Source of the DNA: Stylophora pistillata
Taxonomy: Eukaryota
DNA: 64,000 nt
Reading direction: 5' to 3'
Assembly: GCF_002571385.2 (NCBI RefSeq)
Contig: NW_019217818.1
Span: 401,594-465,593, forward strand
The position numbers were made by a program, and so were the translations under genes. The notes under the pieces were generated by a model. The model did no database searches and was not told where the DNA came from. It saw only the letters and a program-made list of their open reading frames with translations. Of the stretch, positions 1 to 11,154 are shown piece by piece; position 1 is the first letter of the stretch, and each line of letters begins with the position of its first letter.

Positions 1-1119
1 TTTTCAAGTAAAATGTGTAATGAAATGGCTAAAAAACCATAAAAGATTTCTCAAATCATAAATCAGTATTTCACTACACTAACGTGCCACCCAAATAGAA
101 TCACGTTCGATAATTGCCGATAATCAACCAATATTTTCTTTCGAGCTGAGAGTTTACCTGGTCTCTTTCGAGTTTCTCTCGTTCTTGAGTTAAGCTTGGC
201 TTCTTACTCAGTCCAAGTGCTGGGGCGCTCATGATTTACCCAACTAACATGTCAAACAAAAGATCAATTCACGTAAAGGCACGTTTTCAAGCACTGAAAA
301 CTTTCAAAATATAAGCATCGAGATATCTCGTTCGCAGAAGTCAACTTGGCCGCCAATTTCTTGGAACGGTCAGGGCACTGGAAACGAAATAGGTTGGTGC
401 TTGGTGAAATGTATGCAAATATTACCATATATTCCCAAATGTTCCAATGTATTGATACAAGTATGAAGGATTTCACCAAGTACCTACAACGAAATAACTC
501 TTTTCCAGGACACCCTGTCGAACGCATTTAATCCTCTCTAACTGCCTGACATTTCCTTGAAAATTAGTTACGAGAATTTGGTCTTAGGTTCAGATAAGAA
601 CTTCTACCTGATAAGTTTAGGTATTTTCATGACCTGTTTGTTGTATAATGTATGGATATCACAGGGAAACGTTACATGTTTTAAAAATCATTTTGTTGTA
701 AGAGTCTAAAACTTCCAACTTGTTGGCACCATCGTTAAATGATTTTGTTTGACCGAAAAGCATTTTCAACGAAAGACAAGCTTATGATTTTGAGCTGAAT
801 AAAACCTTGATTATACAGGTAACTATCCGAATGTTTACTTTGCGATTGCATTTGGAGTAAATAAGCAAGACTGTACTGTTGGGGTACTAAAGAACAGTGG
901 ACGCACCCTGAATGCGAAAGCGTCTGAGGTGACTCTTCAATCCAAACTTTGCAAAAATCAGGCGAGTATTCGTTAAAATTTTATTACTCTTCCCATACTT
1001 TTTGGGATGAGCATGTTGAACTTTTGGCATGTATATCATTACACTGACGGAAGCTTTTTTGAATGCGCGTTCGGAGTCTTCTCTTCAAGTATAACGAAGT
1101 AAATAGAGTGTAAGTTTCT

Positions 1120-1192
1120 AAAGAAACTGTGGTCCATTGGTGCTGCATCGATGGGGGAATTACAAAATGATTTGGTTTTATCAATTGAGTTG
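1120..1192 (-). mobile_element. Penelope pseudo-LTR 3' fragment
   Basis: Similar to 1885-1940 and 62942-63024 (gaaactgtgg..tgctgcatcg..ggttttatcaa..gagttga). Confidence 0.55.
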
Positions 1193-1365
1193 AAAGTGCA
1201 AAAATTAGCCACAGACGTTATGAGGGTTGGCACTTTGCTTTGAAGAAGTCTAGCCTAGTTAGGGCTGACTAGAAATTGACCGACAGTCCCTGGGTCTCCG
1301 AGGATGTAAACGACGCAGAAATAATGTAAATCTGAACTAACGGAAATCAGCCGAAATATACAAAA

Positions 1366-1826
1366 TACCGTAAAAACCCGCTGATAAGCCGCACCCTGAA
1401 TTTAGCAGTTCAAATTTTGGAAAAAAAAGTTTTTTGAAAGAAATCGAAAGAAATCCAAAGTCGAGTCTTGAGAAGTCTTCTTCATCCGCTGTTCATCGAA
1501 CGTAAACTGAATATTAACATTGCGACGGAAAATACTTCAGTCTTACCTATAATTTTATCACTTTAGTGTAATGAACATCGCTTCTACTAACTTTTGACAT
1601 ATGATTGATCTTTTTCTGGTATTTGTTGACAGAAATTTCTTCATTCAACACAGTTTTTCCATAGATTTTTGGATTGCAACAAGAACGTGAGGAGAATATT
1701 TGAAGCTTAGTGACTAGGCATTAGATCGGACGCAAAAATGGAAAACTCCGCAGACAAGCCGCACCCCCAATTTCTAGCGACGATTTTTGGAATAAAGGTG
1801 CGGCTTATCTGCGGGTTTTTGCGGTA
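1366..1826. mobile_element. Tc1/mariner (pogo-like) MITE
   Basis: TA|CCGTAAAAACCCGCTGATAAGCCGCACC at 1366 and its imperfect inverse GGTGCGGCTTATCTGCGGGTTTTTGCGG|TA ending at 1826; TA target duplication; no ORF. Confidence 0.85.
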
Positions 1827-1879
1827 GTCAAAATACGACATAAAACAAAAGACAGAAAACAATATAAATGAATAAACGA

Positions 1880-2915
1880 GGTACGTTTTTGATGAAACTG
1901 TGGTGCTGCGTCGGTGGATATTTTAGTTTTATCAACTGTGTTTATAAAGTAAATTTGGCCACCGTAAGAGAGTTTCATCGCTGACGTTTCGAGCGAGCGT
2001 TAGCTCTTCGTCAGAGCGAGTGGAGAAACTGCGGGTTGTGTGTGTGTGTTTAGAAACAGAAAATGGAGCTACGCTATTGGTGGGAACATGATAACGAGAA
2101 AAACAAGAGTAACTATTGGCTGAGTTCAAAGCGTTCGTTGATACCTATGGGATCAAGGGTGCCGATTTGAAAGATAAACTTTTGTCCAAGAGTTTTGCGG
2201 CTTTCTGACCTACCAAAATGTAAGGAAAGGCCGCAGAGAGCGACATGCTGTTTAGGATGATTGAGTAGATTAAAGCGTCTAGCGACTGGTTTTGATACGT
2301 CGTTTTCATTCCTCTCTACGTCTCGAAGATGTTCTTGGAATCGTTCACCTAGTCGTCATCCTGTTTCACCAATGTATATTCTTTTGACAATAGGTGCAAG
2401 TTATGTAATAGATGAAACTGACGGAGGAGCATGCGAAGTGATCAGTAATCTTAATAGATCGTTTAGGTCTCGATATTTTCTCAATGTTATGAATGAAAGG
2501 ACAAGTTTTACATCGTGCGCGAGTACATTTGAAAGTTCCGGGTTGATCCTATGTACATTGCCTATGTAGTCTAGTGTTTTTTTGTCGCGTTTGAATGAAA
2601 TAAGTAGAGGTTACGAAAGGAGGGTAACACTCTCGGGATCGTTTTGAAGTAATTTAAAGTTTTAAGAATAACGGACTTAAATACGTGGCTGTGAGGGTGA
2701 AATGTGAGAGTGAATGGAATGTGGTCGTTATTTTCCTTTTGTGACGTTTGTCGTAGTTGGGCGCGGTGGTGGCCCGCTTGAACGACAGAAACAGGATAGC
2801 CATGTTTTCCGAAAAACTGGCCCATTGCCTCTGATTTTTCGAAAAAATGAGAGTCATCGCCGCATAAACGAAAAAGTCTAAGAAACTGAGAAAATGGAAC
2901 GAAATTCTTGACCTG
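1880..2915 (-). mobile_element. Penelope-like retroelement 3' part: degenerate RT C-terminus, GIY-YIG endonuclease and pLTR
   Basis: Minus-strand frames read VPFSQFLRL..., HIPFTLTFHP, IYIGETG*RLGERFQEHLRDV...GINERF, followed by a pLTR carrying a hammerhead; stops and frameshifts present. Confidence 0.9.
1980..2017 (-). ncRNA. Minimal type I hammerhead ribozyme (Penelope pLTR)
   Basis: Minus strand GCT-CTGACGA-A-GAGCTAACGCTCGCTC-GAAAC-GTC-AGC: intact CUGANGA/GAAA core, GUC cleavage triplet, palindromic ACGT helix III. Confidence 0.85.
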
Positions 2916-2957
2916 TGTTAAACGATAAAATTAAATCTATATCTAATCTGAAAATAT

Positions 2958-4672
2958 TGTAAGGGTTTCCTTATATTGGTGATGGGAAAAAGAAGTGGAA
3001 ATAATATATTACTATAAGCCATTCAGTACAAAATTATAATAATCAAAGTTGATTATTTCCTATTCCCTTTGGCGGCCTTATCTTACAGGTAGAATTTCTG
3101 TCACCTTTTTCTTATTGTGGTTATGAACTTGACATGAAAGCAGATGTTCAGTTTCTATGGTGATTTGAACTTGTGGTAGAATATTTCGGTTATCTCGCGG
3201 TAAGCTATATTTCAATTATGTTGATCTGCTTGATAAAGAAGTGAGTAAATCGCTCTGGTAAAAGTTAATCTTGTACAAGAATTACTGAAAATTCCTACTT
3301 CTTATACTTTCGACTATTTTCAGGCTCGTTTATACATCAGATTCTATGTCAAATTCACGATCAAGAAAGAACTTCTTAAACTTTGATTTGATACCTTCAA
3401 CACCTCTTTCTTTAGGGTGACCTTAAGGGAAAACAACTTTTACTTTCCGTTCTCCGCACTGCATTTTTAATTAGATAACTTGTTCTAGGTGTACAGTGGG
3501 TACGCCCTTTCTTCTCCGAACTTACTCTTTATTCTGTTGTTATGTAACGTTCTCCGAATGCTATTTTCTCTTAGGATATTGTTTTAAGTGTGATTCTTGT
3601 TCTGTCGATAAGTTCATTATAATTTTTATATTGTCAATCTTATTTTTGTTTTGCCCAATCTTGACCGTAAGAGCAAGAAACTTAAGATAGAAAATGATTT
3701 TGTAAAGCGTAAATATCTCGAAGGTACATACTTAGTATGCAGGATCTGTTTCTCGTAACTTAACGTGATTTGCTAGCTAAGTGAGAAACGATGACGATGC
3801 TTAAAGACTGATAGTTTAGTAAGTGTCACCTTTATATACTGGTACCAGCATTCTCACTCGATTTTGAGTTAATTCCAAAGGCAGTAACTGAGTTGTGTAG
3901 AATAGAAACGAATAAAGAAAAATCGACTTTAAAATTGAGTGTTAGAAAAATACCTTTGACAAGCTGGTGGAGGACCCTGGCATATGAATGGTCGCGGTAG
4001 TGAGTTTCAACAACAACAACCTCTTCGCCTCCCACGCTCTTTGCCATGAGTACTTTTGTGGAGCTTGCAATTCCAGTACTAACAGTTACAGCGACGCCTC
4101 AGAAGGCAAGAGCCTCGAAGAACGCGTGGCTCATAGAAACTTTTTTTTTTTCCAGTTCTAGGAAACTGAAGAGCGAAAGATACAGAACAGTCAGGACCAA
4201 AGGCCAGGACATGATACAGAAAACTCAGGACCAAAGACCAGGGCAAGATACAGTAAGAGAAAACACATCATTTTGAATATGGTTACTTCTGCTGTGCTCT
4301 TTAGACAAGTTGAACATTTTTATGTCTTTTTCCATATCTGAATCATTGAAATTTAATTTGTTCCCTTGTACTGGGTAGGTTTAATGCTGATGTATGTGGA
4401 AATCTGTGACCACCTAGTCAAATCCTTACTCGATCGCAAGTTCAGAAAAAGAACAAAGAGACAAAAACCATACCCACCACTTGTACTTGCTCTTATCGAA
4501 ACACTGCAACCACTACTCAAATTAGTATTATGGACGAACAACAACAAGAAATGTTTAAAACGATGTTTACAGATATGTGTAACGCGCTTCCAGAAGATAA
4601 AGCTAAGGAGTCGCAGACACAAAAAAGACATTGGACAAACTTCAGACGCGTTTAGAAAAGTAGCCAAGAAAA
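2958..4672 (+). mobile_element. Ty3/gypsy 5' half, copy 1 (LTR, PBS, leader, gag start)
   Basis: LTR ends ...CCTTTGACA at 3961 with AATAAA at 3911; PBS TGGTGGAGGACCCTGGCA 3965-3982 (tRNA-Ala-like); gag ATG at 4530 (MDEQQQEMFKTMF...), truncated at ~4670. LTR 5' start (TGTAAG at 2958) is tentative. Confidence 0.8.
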
Positions 4673-4910
4673 ATACTTACAATCTTGAGTTTGGGAAGGA
4701 CTGGGTTGCGTCTGACTAGATCGAAATGGGGAGATAGTACACGGGATAACTGCATCGCCCGAAATAGACAGATCTCAACCAGTATCTCTACTACGAGAAC
4801 TAAAGCTTATATAGCTTACATGAGAGTAATTATTAGGATAACTATATGTACAAATACTGGGTGTAAAAGAATAGGCCCTTGCCCTGCAAGGAAAACCACC
4901 GGCAAGAGCC

Positions 4911-6454
4911 CTCACCCGTTTAACGGAGGGTGCTGCTCCCTGGAGTTGGCTCGCCCTGAAAACTGAGTTCGAGGGGGGCCATACCCCTGAGATGGGGGCA
5001 AACGTGGGTCTCTACTACGCTGTTGACAATTGCACCAAGTGTGCCCGATGTGCTAGCAAAAACTGCATACCGGATCACTCTCAACGATGCGAAAACTACG
5101 TCCATACGAGCGAAAATCGGGCCTGCGCGGATTTTTATTGCGTCGTAATTCACTTTCCAAACGATTAATCTGGCGTTGCATTTGATCTGTTTGACGATGT
5201 CCAGACCAATTTCGCATTTGCGAAAAGCGCTGCGCTTCAGCGTTCTCTGGCTGAGCAATAGCGGCAATATTAGTACCACCGAGGAGCAGAACGTCGTTGA
5301 TTGTGTTTCTGGATTTGTTTAATTTTCCGAGAGATATCATCCAATCGTTTTTCCAATTGCGTTTGTGTTGATTCTGTAGAAACAGCGCCAATTGTTTGTG
5401 AATTTGTAGCCTTCGACCGCGACATTAATTTAGTAAACATTGCTTCCATTTACGACAAGATTGACTATCACTTGTACTTTGGTTAATGTCAACCGCCTCC
5501 CCGGTAGCTCAATTGGTTAGAGCGCCGGATTGTGGATTGTGTTGTGCGGGAGATCGAGGGTTCGAGCCCTGGCCGGACCGATACTCATGGTCTTAAAATA
5601 AGTGAGGAAAATTTGCTACCTTTCTATAATCAAGAAATGGATAGATATTCTAGTCTTCTCGGATAAGGACGAATAAACCGTAGGCCCCGTCTCCTGCAGG
5701 GTTAGGGGTAGGAGACGTTAATTTCCCACGCACGAGATTACTGTGTTGTGGATGTCCTCCCTTGGGGTGGGATGGGTGGGAATTGGCCCTGAAAAGCCCC
5801 CATGGGGAGTGGTCAACTAACGTATGTATGTATCTATGTATGTATGTGTGTATGTAACAAGCTCTTTCATTCGAGCGAGAGATTCTGCTTCCTGAATATC
5901 TTTTGGTCGAGCTAAAGTAACATAGCTTTGAATATGCGGTTGTAGTCCCCGAATGAAATAGCGCATTGAATCTGCATCAGATAGTTTAAGACGCTTGCAA
6001 AGTCGAGTAACATCCACAATGTAATCGTCAATACGTTCGCCTTGCAACTGATTCCTAGTAGTTAGTTGTTGACTAATAATCCAATTTTGCGGTCCAGAAG
6101 AAAACATTCCTTGAACGCAGCCTGAATTTGGGTGGGATCTTTTTGTTGATACTCCCTTAATACAGGAACCATGCTTGCGCTATTCTCGATAAATACAACG
6201 GAAAAGCATTTAATTATTGATGCTGGCAATTCGCGAAAAAGAGTCCAACCGTCGTAAATTCAGTGTATCTACTGGAGGATTTCCGTCAAAAATCTCTAAT
6301 TCAATGCCACTAGTACTTGGATGCTTTTCTAAACGCGCGTAAAGTTTGTCTAAGTTTTCTTTTTTTGTGTGTGACTCCTTACTTTATCTTCTCGAAGCGC
6401 CTTACACATATCCGTAAGCATCGTTTCAAACATTTCTTGTTGTTGATCGTCCAT
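4911..6454 (-). pseudogene. gag: Degenerate gypsy gag (capsid plus CCHC zinc knuckle)
   Basis: MDDQQQEMFETML...AFPLYLSRIAQAWF...RLCKRLKLSDADSMRYFIRGLQPHIQSYV...CSFC*HIGHTWCNC (CX2CX4HX4C)...PPLNG*; frameshifts and a SINE insertion. Confidence 0.85.
5492..5856 (+). mobile_element. tRNA-derived SINE with Nin/Deu-like central domain, inserted in gag
   Basis: A box GGTAGCTCAATTGG, B box GGTTCGAGCCC, central GTCTTCTCGGATAAGGACG..AAACCGTAGGCCCCGTCTC, (TATG)n tail; the gag frame ...KELV|DI... rejoins when it is removed. Confidence 0.85.
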
Positions 6455-6740
6455 AATACTAATTTGAGTAGTGTGTGCAGTGTTAGGATAAGAGCAAGTA
6501 CAAGTGGTGGGTATGGGTTTTGTCCCTTTGTTATTTTTTCGAACTTGCGATCGAGTAAGGATTTGACTAGGTGGGCACAGATTTCCGCATACACCAGTAC
6601 TAAACCTACCCAGTTACAAGGAACAAATTAAATTACAACGATTCAGACATAGAAAGAGACACAAAAATGTTCAAATTGTCCCGAAGAGCAAGCCCGCATA
6701 GCAGGAGTAACCATATTCAAAATGATGTGTTTTCTCTTAT

Positions 6741-6959
6741 TGTATCTTGTCCTGTTTTTTGGTCCTGACTGTTCTGTATCTTGTCCTGGGTTTTGGTCCT
6801 GACTGTTCTGTATCTTGTCCTGTTTTTTTGGTCCTGGCTGTTCTGTATCTTGTCCTGGGTTTTGGTCCTGACTCTTCTGTATCTTGTCCTGTTTTTTGGT
6901 CCTGGCTGTTCTGTATCTTGTCCTGGGTTTTGGTCCTGACTCTTCTGTATCTTGTCCTG
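6741..6959. repeat. ~35-bp tandem repeat in gypsy leader
   Basis: At least 6 units of (tgtatcttgtcctg..ttttggtcctg.ct.ttc) running into an N gap; only ~2.5 units in copy 1 (4178-4252). Confidence 0.9.
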
Positions 6960-7913
6960 NNNNNNNNNNNNNNNNNNNNNNNNNNNNNNNNNNNNNNNNN
7001 NNNNNNNNNNNNNNNNNNNNNNNNNNNNNCTACCGCGACCATTCATATGCCAGGGTCCTCCACCAGCTTGTCAAAGGTATTTTTCTAACACTCAATTTTA
7101 AAATCGATTTTTCTTTATTCCTTTCTATTCTGCACAACTCAGTTACCGCCTTGGGAACTAGCTCAGAATCGAGTGAGAATGCTGGTACCAGTATATAAAG
7201 GTGACACTTACTATACTGTCAGTCTTTAAGCATCGTCATCATTCTCACTTAGCTAGCGAATTACGTTAAGTTACGAGAAATAGATCCTACATACTAAGTA
7301 TGTACTTTCGAAATATTTACGCGTTACAAAATCATTTTCTACCTTCAATTTCTTTCTCTTACGGTCAAGATCGGGCGAAACAAAAATAAGATTGACAATA
7401 TGAAAATTATAATGAAATTATTGACAGAATAAGAATCATACTTAAAAAAATATCCTGAGAGAAAATAGCATTCGAAGAACGTTGCATAACAACAGAATAA
7501 AGAGAAAGTTCGGAGAAGAAAGGGCGTACCCACTGTACACCTAGAACAAGTTCTCTAATTAAAAATGCAGTGCGGAGAACGGAAAGTAAAAGTTGTTTTC
7601 CCTTAAGGTCACCCAAAAGAAAGAGGTGTTGAGGGTGTCAAATGAAAATTTAAGGAGTTTTTTCTTGATCGTGAATTTGACATAGAATCTGATATAAAAA
7701 CGAGCCTGAAAATAGTCGAAAGTATAAGAAGTAGGAATTTTCAGGAATTTCTGAACGAGATTTAACTTATACCAGAGCGATGCACTCTCTTCTCTATCAA
7801 GCAGATCAACATAATTGAAAAAAAGCTCACCGCGAAATCCACCATAAGTTCCAATCAATGTAGAAACTGAACATATGCTTTCGTGTCAAATTCACGACCA
7901 CAATAAGAAAAAG

Positions 7914-8009
7914 TATTAACAAAGATTTAGTAATACATAGACATGTAAAAATGAATGATATAAAATCCCGACGTTTCGGCGACTTCATGACGCCATTATC
8001 AAGGGTACA
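7914..8009 (-). mobile_element. 96-bp Penelope-type insertion with variant hammerhead
   Basis: TSD AATAAGAAAAAG (7902-7913 and 8010-8021); absent from the paralogous LTR at 3099-3120; minus strand CCC-TTGATAA-T-GGCG..CGCC-GAAAC-GTC-GGG. Confidence 0.8.
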
Positions 8010-8077
8010 AATAAGAAAAAGGTGACAGAAATTCTACCTGTAAGATAAGAAAGCAAAAGACCGCGGTTATAAACTTG

Positions 8078-8155
8078 GTTAACTCCTCGAAACTTCAGCT
8101 TTTGTAATCGTTACGGTGCCAATTTACCATTTCAACTTTGTTGATATATCCAAAT
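8078..8155 (+). mobile_element. Penelope pLTR fragment (inverted relative to the host Penelope)
   Basis: ctcgaaacttcagcttttgtaatcgttacggtgccaatttaccatttcaactttgttgatatatccaaatta, near-identical to 21613-21686. Confidence 0.75.
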
Positions 8156-8370
8156 TAACTCCTCTCTGGTAGAGGAAGTAGCGCCCATACAGTCGTCAAT
8201 GTACTGAACGACCGAAGAGTTCAGGTTTGGGCCATTGCATTGACTGGAAAATTGATGTTTGATAAAACCTACGAAAGGATTGGCGTAACTGGGTTCCATT
8301 TTGTTACCTATGGCTAAGCCATTAGTTTCTTTGTAATAGTTGTCCCAGATGAAAAACAGTTGAGTGAAAG
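8156..8370 (-). mobile_element. Penelope RT core fragment
   Basis: NYYKETNGLAIGNKMEPSYANPFVG...QYIDDCMGATSSTREEL (RT motifs with YIDD). Confidence 0.85.
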
Positions 8371-8374
8371 CACT

Positions 8375-9825
8375 AATAATAACCATAACAATAAAGACAC
8401 GTATAGAGCGCTGCGTCCACTAATTGCTCAAAGCGCTACACAACAATAGTTAAACTATAAAATACAAAAGCCAATAGCTATTATGATGAAATAACTAAAC
8501 TGTACACTACTAAATACTAGACATCATATGTCAATTTAAATAAGTATGTCTTCAACTGCGTCTTGAACTGGTCAACAGAGATAAATACTCGTGAGTTCAA
8601 GAGGCAATTGATTCCATAGCCTTGGAGCAACTATAGAAAAAGCTCTATCACCATACGTCTTTAACCTGAATCTAGGCACAGCTAAAAGATTCTGAGAACT
8701 AGAACGAAGTAAACGTGGACTATTACGATAGTGTAAAAGTTCAGATAGATAAGTTGGTTTCAAGCCATCGAGAAACTTGTGCACTAAAAGCAATATTTTA
8801 AAATGTATAATTTGGATATATCCACAAAGTTGAAATGGTAAATTGGCCACCGTAATGATTACGAAAGCTGACGTTTCGAGCGTTAGCCCTTCGTCGGAGC
8901 CAATAGAGGAATTGTGGGTTGTGTGTGATTTTAAAGGCAGAAAATGGAGCTACGTTATTGGTTTTAAAATGTATGCTATAGTTCAACGGTAGCCAATGAA
9001 GTTTAAACATGATAGGAGTAATATGGTCAAACCGCTTAGTTAACGTAACAATGCGTGCAGCAGTATTTTGTATTAATCTTAGCTTATTTAGCAGGTGTTT
9101 GGGAAGTTCATATAACAAGGAATTGCAATTCACTATCCGTTTTAGAGCTAATGAACGCACGTACTAGAATTTCAGAAGTGTCTTCACTAAAGTACTTCCT
9201 AATCTTGGCAATGTTCCTTAAGTGGTAATGGCACTGAGGAGACACAGATTTTTTTACTGTAACATGTTCCGTTAGGTTAAGACAATGATCGAAAGTAACC
9301 CCCAGATTCCGGGTAGAAATTTTGGGTTGCATGAATCTTCTCATCACCCACTTGGATGAACTCAAGGGCGGGTTTAGAACGAAATTGTGAGGTTATAAGG
9401 ACAAGTTCAGTTTTCTCCTGATTGAGTTTAAGGCCATTATTCACCATCCAGCAGTCAAGATCATCTACAAAGCACTCAACACGACGCTTGGCAAGTGAGA
9501 GATCATAGCTACATTTTTAAAAGATATATACAGCTGGGTAACATGAGCGTAGAAATGATACCGTAACTTGTGCAACTTTAATGATGTCAACAATGGGTGA
9601 TGTGTACAAGAGATAGAGAAGAGGGCCCTGAACAGATCCCTGAGGTACGCCACATTCCAAAGGGCGCAGTGTTGACTTGCAGTCATTGACCCGCCTTACG
9701 AACTACTTGCGAGACTTTAGGAAGGATTCAAACCATCCAAGTACAGTAACCTTAACTCCAAAACGATTTTGCAGTCTAGATAACAATATCGATCGAGTGG
9801 TCTACTGTGTCGAAGGCTGTGAAAT
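8375..9825 (-). mobile_element. L2/CR1-group LINE 3' part (degenerate RT and 3' tail)
   Basis: [19 protein letters not shown] (decayed YADD), RNLGVTFD, LHWLP, TYGDRAFSIVAPRLWNQLP; 3' stem-loop AGCGCT..AGCGCT and (TTA)n-like tail at ~8375-8440. Confidence 0.85.
8809..8961 (-). mobile_element. Solo Penelope pLTR insertion with hammerhead (U4C-mutated core) inside the L2
   Basis: 13-bp TSD TTTTAAAATGTAT (8796-8808 and 8962-8974); hammerhead 8867-8900 CCGACGA-A-GGGCTAACGCTC-GAAACGTC. Confidence 0.85.
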
Positions 9826-10014
9826 CCAAATACCTTGGATTTGACCCCATTTTTTCCAGTCCTTTGCTAGCGGCAACTCCTAAAAGATGGAACAGTGGAA
9901 AATGTACCAAAAAAATCGGAAAAAATATCCTGCACAGCAGATTACTAGTAAAAAAAAATTCTTGATGATCAGAAATCACCCAACCCCCCCTCAAAAGTTA
10001 AATTGTCGGCCCTT

Positions 10015-10500
10015 AACAACTAATGTGCCGCCCATGTCAGCCGCTTTTATAACGATGTCTTTGCGTTTTATTAAGACCTTTTAGTGCCAACCACTCTTCC
10101 GAAGAAAGGTTGGAAAATTTGGTGCTACGATTGAAATTAAGTTTGTTTATATCGTGACGACATTTTTCTAATGAAAAAATCAAAAGATGCAAACTGGCCC
10201 ACAGTTTATTTATCTATAAAAGTATCTTTGTTCCAGGTGTTAGAATCATCCTCGTTGTCATGGGAAGAGGCTTTAATTGAACTCGGCGAAAGAATTTTTC
10301 AACGTCCTGCTTAACTGAGAATTCGTCGGTTGTTTTAGAAATAAGAACAAAATTTAAGCTCTTGCTGAGCACAGATTTCTTTGAATTCGTCGGTTGTTTT
10401 AGAAGCGGAAACAAAATTTAAGCCCTTATTAAGGACGGATTTCTCTGAGCCGAAAAGTGTAAGATTTTCTGGAATGGTAACTATGGTATTGAGGCTTTCT
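10015..10500 (-). mobile_element. Penelope ORF N-terminal fragment
   Basis: VTIPENLT..SEKSVLNKGLNFV (locally duplicated), VKQDVEKFFRRVQLK, NLSSEEWLALKGLNKRKDIVIKAADMGG. Confidence 0.8.
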
Positions 10501-11154
10501 GGGGACAAAACTAATTTACAAAGCTACAGGGACGCGAAAACGGCTAAACTAAACAGAAACCGAAAAGCACGAACAAAGATAATTAGTTAATCAAGGCGCC
10601 TACAATACATTTGCAAACAAAGTTTCTTTTATGTATTTAAGTCCTTCTTGGAAAATGATGAAAACCAACAGTTGAAGCTTTAATTGAAAAATTTCTGATC
10701 TGAAAATTCATTAGGGTACAAAAAGAGAACTCTTAAAATATCAAAACAAAACTGAAAAAAAAAAAAAATGAGAGAAAATAACAACAACAATTACAAGAGC
10801 GCACGACAGCAATGACGAGGGTTTTTTCCGGGAGTAAAACTCTACAGAAGTGTTGAAGACCAAAGGTCAAAGTCCTAGTCCAGGAGCTCGTGATAAAGCC
10901 CCTAAGTCCAGAGCCAAGTCCAGAGTCCAGTCGACGTTCCAAAAGAGTAAATACAAGGCATATAAAAGATTTATTCCAAACTTTTTAAAGAACTCTACGT
11001 GTTTGGCTTGAAACCTACAAAGATAACAGAAACTGTTAAGTCTTTAGCACTTCTTGAAGTCTTGACACCAGTTCATCTGGATTATTGACTTTTCTAATTT
11101 GTAAAAAAGAAAAGACTGGGACGAGGTATATTACTCGCATCGCGTGTTGTCAAA

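Larger units (their letters stand above)
4673..8080 (-). mobile_element. Ty3/gypsy 5' half, copy 2 (LTR, PBS, leader, full degenerate gag, start of pol frame)
   Basis: LTR 7069-~8080, PBS 7048-7065, gag ATG at 6454; inverted homologue of ~3077-4670. Confidence 0.85.

Noticed and set aside
3099-3103. TGTCA as the LTR 5' boundary matching TGACA at 3961
   Set aside because: Homology between the two copies extends outside this point, so the LTR probably starts further left; boundary unresolved.
3496-4719. Duplicated small ORFs (MGTPFLLRT..., MYAEICAHLV...) in both inverted arms
   Set aside because: Chance frames in duplicated LTR and leader sequence; not preserved at equal length between copies.
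5495-5580. tRNA gene
   Set aside because: SINE head: anticodon region disrupted, followed by SINE body and TATG tail. The same applies to 44781-44853.
6741-6959. Regular ~35-bp repeats suggestive of a CRISPR array
   Set aside because: No unique spacers, eukaryotic context, lies in a gypsy leader; plain minisatellite. The same applies to 57705-57818 and 14875-15003.
3077-8050. DIRS element or DNA transposon with long inverted terminal repeats
   Set aside because: Both arms include a PBS and the gag start, so they are two 5' halves of an LTR element; no tyrosine recombinase or transposase remnant seen.
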